IMG/VR virus record: IMGVR_UViG_3300005512_000053 | Span: 1-48,991 of that record | Direction: 5' to 3' (one strand) | Length of the DNA stretch: 48,991 nucleotides | Source of the DNA: a virus | Lineage: Duplodnaviria; Caudoviricetes | Shown: positions 41,917 to 48,991 of the stretch, one piece after another | Position numbering within the stretch: the first letter of the stretch is position 1 | How the letters are laid out: each line of letters opens with the position of its first letter | Made by a program: the position numbers and the translations under genes | The notes under the pieces: generated by a model | Database searches by the model: none | Seen by the model: the letters and a program-made list of their open reading frames with translations, nothing else | What the model was told of the DNA's origin: nothing

Positions 41917-43690
41917 TGATTTTCTAGAGGTGCTTAAAGATAATCCATTTGAAGAAATTCCTGTGGATGCTAAGACCTTTGTAGAGGATGAGGCGTTTCT
42001 TAATCAGCCTCCGCTTTCTGCTATTCAGTACGACATTGTAGAAGCCATGAGTCAGATCTACAAGAAAGAAGATCTTGTAGAGCTTATGGGGCATGAAGAG
42101 GGTAGCAGGTACTACAAGAAGTTTACTAAGAACGAGATTATTCTTCAGTTGGGCAAGGGTAGTGGTAAAGACTTTACCTCTACAGTTGCAGTGGCATACA
42201 TCGTATACAAGTTGCTATGTCTTAAAGATCCCGCCAGGTATTACGGTAAGCCATCTGGTGACGCTATTGATATTATCAATGTCGCTATTAACGCTGCCCA
42301 GGCTAAGAACGTTTTCTTTAAAGGTTTTAAAACAAAGATTGAAAAGTCTCCTTGGTTTGCTGGCAAGTACTACGCCAAGATGGACTCTATTGATTTTGAT
42401 AAATCTATTACTGTTTATTCTGGTCACTCTGAGCGTGAATCACACGAGGGTTTAAACCTTATGGTAGCAGTCCTTGACGAGATCTCTGGCTTTGCCACCG
42501 AAAATGCTAGCGGTAATGATCAAGGAAAGACTGCAGACAATATTTACAAAGCCTTTCGTGGTACTGTAGACTCTCGTTTTCCAGACCTGGGCAAAGTAGT
42601 GCTTCTCTCCTTCCCAAGATATCCAGGAGATTTTATTTCTCAAAAGTACGAGGAAGCCATACTTGAAAAAGACACTATTCAAAAACAGCATAAGTTTATT
42701 TTAAATCCAGACCTGCCAGAAGATGCCGAGGGTAACAACCTAGAGATAACCTGGGATGAAGAACACATTGTCTCTTATAAATATCCCAACACCTTTGCCC
42801 TTAAAAGACCTACTTGGGAAGTAAACCCTACAAGATCTATTGAAGACTTCAAGCTAGCATTCTATACAGACCTTGGAGACGCAATGATGCGCTTCTTGTG
42901 TGTTCCAACTTTTGCTTCAGACGCTTTCTTTAAACAAAGAGAAAAGATTCAGGCGTGTATGACTGGCAGAAACCCCATCGATACTTTTAAGCGCTTTGAC
43001 GAATCATTTAAGCCAGACCCAGACAAGAAGTATTACGTCCACGCTGACCTTGCACAAAAGCATGACAAGTGTGCTGTGGCAATTGCTCACGTAGAAAAGT
43101 GGGTAAACATACAGGTAATTAAAGATTACGAACAGGTTGTCCCATTTGTTGTAGTCGATGCCGTAGTTTATTGGGAGCCAAAGATAGAAGGCCCCGTCGA
43201 TCTTTCAGAGGTAAAGCAGTGGATTCAAAACCTCAGAAGACTGGGGTTTGATATCGGACTGGTTACCTTTGACCGCTGGCAATCATTCGATATTCAGAAT
43301 GAGCTAAAGGCCGTAGGCATTAGAACAGAAACTCTGTCAGTAGCCAAGAAGCACTATGAAGATATGGCTATGTTGGTATACGAAGAGCGTGTCGTAATGC
43401 CATCAATGGATTTGCTGTTTGAAGAACTAACAGAACTTAAGATTATGAGAAACAACAGAGTAGACCACCCTCGTAAAAAGTCTAAGGACTTGGCGGATGC
43501 TGTGTGCGGATCAATCTTTAATGCTATCTCTCACACGCCGAGAAACACAAACCTTGAGGTAGAGATTCATACATTTAGGGATCGTCCCAAGGTTGATGTT
43601 GCGGACCTTCCAGACAACGTGATACAATATAAACCCAAAGAGATTCCAGACGATGTTAAAGACTACTTAGATCGTTTTGGCCTTGTCTAA
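41909..43690 (+). CDS. terL: Terminase large subunit
   Basis: Walker A GKGSGKD, Walker B VAVLDE, nuclease motifs HADLA, FDRWQS, KDLADA. Confidence 0.88.
   Translation: MFDDFLEVLKDNPFEEIPVDAKTFVEDEAFLNQPPLSAIQYDIVEAMSQIYKKEDLVELMGHEEGSRYYKKFTKNEIILQLGKGSGKDFTSTVAVAYIVYKLLCLKDPARYYGKPSGDAIDIINVAINAAQAKNVFFKGFKTKIEKSPWFAGKYYAKMDSIDFDKSITVYSGHSERESHEGLNLMVAVLDEISGFATENASGNDQGKTADNIYKAFRGTVDSRFPDLGKVVLLSFPRYPGDFISQKYEEAILEKDTIQKQHKFILNPDLPEDAEGNNLEITWDEEHIVSYKYPNTFALKRPTWEVNPTRSIEDFKLAFYTDLGDAMMRFLCVPTFASDAFFKQREKIQACMTGRNPIDTFKRFDESFKPDPDKKYYVHADLAQKHDKCAVAIAHVEKWVNIQVIKDYEQVVPFVVVDAVVYWEPKIEGPVDLSEVKQWIQNLRRLGFDIGLVTFDRWQSFDIQNELKAVGIRTETLSVAKKHYEDMAMLVYEERVVMPSMDLLFEELTELKIMRNNRVDHPRKKSKDLADAVCGSIFNAISHTPRNTNLEVEIHTFRDRPKVDVADLPDNVIQYKPKEIPDDVKDYLDRFGLV
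43620..43628 (+). promoter_or_regulatory. Extended -10 TGATACAAT, candidate nrd operon promoter
   Basis: In the terL 3' end, with TTGCGG 18 nt upstream of the hexamer. Confidence 0.4.
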
Positions 43691-43737
43691 CACAAAATGT
43701 TGGGCATATTCTAAGATTCAAACACCAGATTTAGTAT
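43690..43737 (+). promoter_or_regulatory. Two tandem NrdR-box-like operators
   Basis: ACACAAAATGTTGGGC (43690-43705) and ACACCAGATTTAGTAT (43722-43737) match the conserved positions of acaCwAtATaTwGtgt; starts are 32 bp apart; directly before nrdI. Confidence 0.75.
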
Positions 43738-43751
43738 AAAGGGCGGTACAA

Positions 43752-44148
43752 TTGTTACCTATTGACATTGTATATTTTTCGAACTATTCTGGAAATACTA
43801 AGAGATTCGTGGAGAGGCTTAATGAAAATGACGCTATTAGGATACCTATTGATAGGAGCGATCGTGGTATTACCGTTGATCGCCCTTATGTCCTTCTGGT
43901 ACCTACTTACGGTGGTGGCGAGGGACGAGCAGCAATCCCTCGACAAGTACGATCTTTTCTAAACGTTAGAGAGAACCGTGCGTTGTTGCGTGGCGTTGTT
44001 GGTTTTGGAAACACAAACTTCGGTGAGCACTTTTGCAGAGCCGCAGATTTAATTAGTGCAAAGACAGGTGTGCCAGTCATTGCGAGGGTAGAAATATTTG
44101 GCACAGAAGACGATGTAAAGACAGTAAAAGAAAGGCTCAATTTACTTT

Positions 44149-44156
<8 letters not shown>
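43752..44156 (+). CDS. nrdI: Flavodoxin NrdI
   Basis: [34 protein letters not shown]. Confidence 0.95.
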
Positions 44157-47207
<3,051 letters not shown>

Positions 47208-47214
47208 CTTTAAC

Positions 47215-47223
47215 TGCTATAAT
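47215..47223 (+). promoter_or_regulatory. Extended -10 TGCTATAAT
   Basis: Intergenic, before the peptidase gene. Confidence 0.65.
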
Positions 47224-47245
47224 TGACGGATAAGAAGGGTAACAA

Positions 47246-47986
47246 ATGACTAAAAGAACTTTTGACTGGGTATCAGAGCACGACTCTAAGTCTCGTAAGT
47301 ATGCCATTAGATCTATATTAAAACAAAGAGGTGTTACAAAGAAACAGACCTTATGGCGGGAGGGCATTGTTTTAGATCAAGGCTCTGAGGGGGCTTGTGT
47401 GGGCTTTGCGTGGACAGGCGAGCTACTAGCAGAGCCAGAAGCACCAAGGGCACAGCCATCATTTGACTATGCAAACTCTTTGGCAATTTCTTTTTACAAT
47501 GAAGCAAAGACTATTGACGAATGGCCTGGTGAAGATTATGAGGGTACGTCAGTATTAGCTGGTGCAAAGATAATGCAGAAGGCTGGATTCATTGGTGAAT
47601 ACCGCTGGTGTTTTGGTGTAGATGATGTTCGTGATGCTGTAATTTCCGAGGGGCCAGTTGTAATCGGAGTACCTTGGTATAACGGAATGTATGACACACT
47701 TCCTAATGGATTAGTAAAACTATCTGGAAAGCTAACAGGAGGCCACGCTATCCTGATCACTGGATATAGCCCTAGTAAAAGATTTGGCAATGTAACCGAA
47801 GAAGCTTTTAGATGGAGAAATTCCTGGGGCACTGATTATGGAATCAACGGTTCTGGTTGGATTAAATATAAAGATCTAGCAAAACTATTATCCGAGAACG
47901 GCGAAGCTTGCGTTCCAATGCAACGTGAGGTACCATTGTTTAATGAGCCAAAGAGAAGTGTTTGGCAAAAGTTGTTTAATAAATAA
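47246..47986 (+). CDS. Papain-like (C1) cysteine peptidase
   Basis: DQGSEGACVGF (Gln, Cys), GGHAILITGY (His), WRNSWG (Asn). Confidence 0.85.
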   Translation: MTKRTFDWVSEHDSKSRKYAIRSILKQRGVTKKQTLWREGIVLDQGSEGACVGFAWTGELLAEPEAPRAQPSFDYANSLAISFYNEAKTIDEWPGEDYEGTSVLAGAKIMQKAGFIGEYRWCFGVDDVRDAVISEGPVVIGVPWYNGMYDTLPNGLVKLSGKLTGGHAILITGYSPSKRFGNVTEEAFRWRNSWGTDYGINGSGWIKYKDLAKLLSENGEACVPMQREVPLFNEPKRSVWQKLFNK

Positions 47987-47993
47987 ACAGTAT

Positions 47994-48066
47994 TGGGGTG
48001 TGGCGAAATTGGCATCGCAGCTCACTGTTAATGAGAAGATTGCAGGATCGTACCCTGCCACCCCAG
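47994..48066 (+). tRNA. tRNA-Asn(GTT)
   Basis: Acceptor TGGGGTG/CACCCCA, D stem GCGA/TCGC, anticodon loop CTGTTAA, T arm GCAGG-ATCGTAC-CCTGC; CCA not encoded. Confidence 0.85.
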
Positions 48067-48080
48067 CGGTTCAAGTTTTG

Positions 48081-48089
48081 TGGTATAAT
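48081..48089 (+). promoter_or_regulatory. Extended -10 TGGTATAAT (leaderless) within a 7-bp inverted repeat
   Basis: Ends 6 nt before ATG 48096; flanked by GGTTCAA (48068-48074) and TTGAACC (48089-48095). Confidence 0.65.
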
Positions 48090-48095
48090 TGAACC

Positions 48096-48515
48096 ATGAA
48101 ACACAAAGAAGAAATATTTAGGCTTAGATCAGAGGGAAAGTCTTATAGAGAAATTCAGAATATCCTTGGTTGCTCCAAAGGAACAATTGCCTTTCATCTT
48201 GGCGAGGGGCAAAAAGAAAAGTATTATGAAAGAACAAACAGAAGAAGAACGGAGCTGTCTAGAAAAATTTGGGACATAAAGGAGGCCTCTGGCTGTGTAG
48301 ATTGCGGAGAAAAATATCCACACTTTATGCTCGACTTTGACCATCTTCCAGGATATGAAAAAATAGATAGTCCAACATATTTGGCTAGGACATACAGCCT
48401 AAAAAAAGCAATGGAAGAAATTGAAAAATGTGAAATTGTTTGTGCTAATTGTCACAAAATTAGAACTTGGAATAGAAACGTAGAGATTTCTAGAAAAAAA
48501 CAAAATGTCGATTAA
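48096..48515 (+). CDS. HTH-HNH endonuclease inside the tRNA cluster
   Basis: N-terminal HTH (GKSYREIQNILGCSKGTIAFH); CVDCG...LDFDH...CEIVCANCHKIRT; AT-rich. Confidence 0.8.
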   Translation: MKHKEEIFRLRSEGKSYREIQNILGCSKGTIAFHLGEGQKEKYYERTNRRRTELSRKIWDIKEASGCVDCGEKYPHFMLDFDHLPGYEKIDSPTYLARTYSLKKAMEEIEKCEIVCANCHKIRTWNRNVEISRKKQNVD

Positions 48516-48577
48516 GTGTTACGGTAGCACGGAAAGCTCCAACCTTTCAAGCCAGGGTTCGACTCCTTGAATCGGCG
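48507..48577 (+). tRNA. tRNA-Trp(CCA)
   Basis: Acceptor GTCGATT/AATCGGC, D arm GTGT-TACGGTA-GCAC, anticodon arm GAAAG-CTCCAAC-CTTTC, T arm CAGGG-TTCGACT-CCTTG. Confidence 0.85.
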
Positions 48578-48592
48578 CAACAACTAAATATT

Positions 48593-48663
48593 GGGAATAT
48601 AGTTTAATGGTAAAACTTAACCTTGCCAAGGTTATGACGCGGGTTCGATTCTCGCTATTCCCT
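48593..48663 (+). tRNA. tRNA-Gly(GCC)
   Basis: Acceptor GGGAATA/TATTCCC, anticodon arm TAACC-TTGCCAA-GGTTA, T arm GCGGG-TTCGATT-CTCGC. Confidence 0.92.
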
Positions 48664-48664
48664 C

Positions 48665-48737
48665 GGACCATTAGCTTAGCGGTTAAAGCGCTACCCTGTC
48701 ACGGTAGAGATCGCCAGTTCAAATCTGGTATGGTTCG
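48665..48737 (+). tRNA. tRNA-Asp(GTC)
   Basis: Acceptor GGACCAT/ATGGTTC, anticodon arm CTACC-CTGTCAC-GGTAG, T arm GCCAG-TTCAAAT-CTGGT. Confidence 0.92.
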
Positions 48738-48745
48738 CAAATGAA

Positions 48746-48754
48746 TGGTAAAAT
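48746..48754 (+). promoter_or_regulatory. Extended -10 TGGTAAAAT (leaderless)
   Basis: Ends 6 nt before ATG 48761. Confidence 0.6.
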
Positions 48755-48760
48755 AATATA

Positions 48761-48991
48761 ATGGCAATAGGCTTAAGCACTAGTTGCGTTTTCCCATCGG
48801 GTACAGAGACAGCATTTAAAATAGCATCTGAAGTTGGGTATGATGGCGTTGAAATCATGATAAGTAAACAAAAAGAAACTAGAGACGCTCACAAGATAAT
48901 GGAATTGTCTGAAAAATATAATCTTCCAATTTTATCTATACACGCACCAGTATTAGTTTTAACCTCTTTTGTTTTTGGGATTGGTGCAAAA
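48761..48991 (+). CDS. Sugar phosphate isomerase/epimerase (AP endonuclease 2-like TIM barrel), runs off the window
   Basis: MAIGLSTSCVFPSGTETAFKIASEVGYDGVEIM...LPILSIHAP; GYDGVE and SIHAP are typical of the family; absent from the ORF track because it has no stop in the window. Confidence 0.7.
   Translation, partial: MAIGLSTSCVFPSGTETAFKIASEVGYDGVEIMISKQKETRDAHKIMELSEKYNLPILSIHAPVLVLTSFVFGIGAK

Overview
A 49-kb segment of a large tailed dsDNA phage with siphovirus-type morphogenesis genes. All credible genes are on the + strand in the standard code. The host is probably an actinobacterium (inferred from class Ib nrdIEF with NrdR-like boxes, many leaderless genes, DnaE, and an actinobacterial-type TIM-barrel gene). 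Gene order: probable portal 3' end, prohead protease/scaffold, major capsid, head-tail genes, tail tube, two paralogous tail chaperones, a 3811-aa tape measure protein (TMP), minor tail proteins, then a replication/recombination block (DnaB, primase, SSB, DnaE, MazG-like, RecA, nucleases), an IMPDH/GMP-reductase-family gene, terminase, nrdIEF, a papain-like peptidase and a tRNA cluster (Asn, Trp, Gly, Asp). Three AT-rich HNH endonuclease genes are interspersed. Most notable: (1) the TMP carries enzyme-like cargo (HipA/PI3K-like kinase motifs, an HExxH...E metallopeptidase, perhaps a His-Me nuclease) bounded by a thrice-repeated module, suggesting a virion-injected effector cassette; (2) the tail chaperone G/GT pair seems to be made from duplicated genes rather than by a frameshift; (3) tandem NrdR-like boxes precede phage nrdIEF; (4) a nested scaffold start lies in the protease gene; (5) extended -10 promoters sit exactly 6 nt before start codons. 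All calls come from motif reading by eye; no database searches were run.
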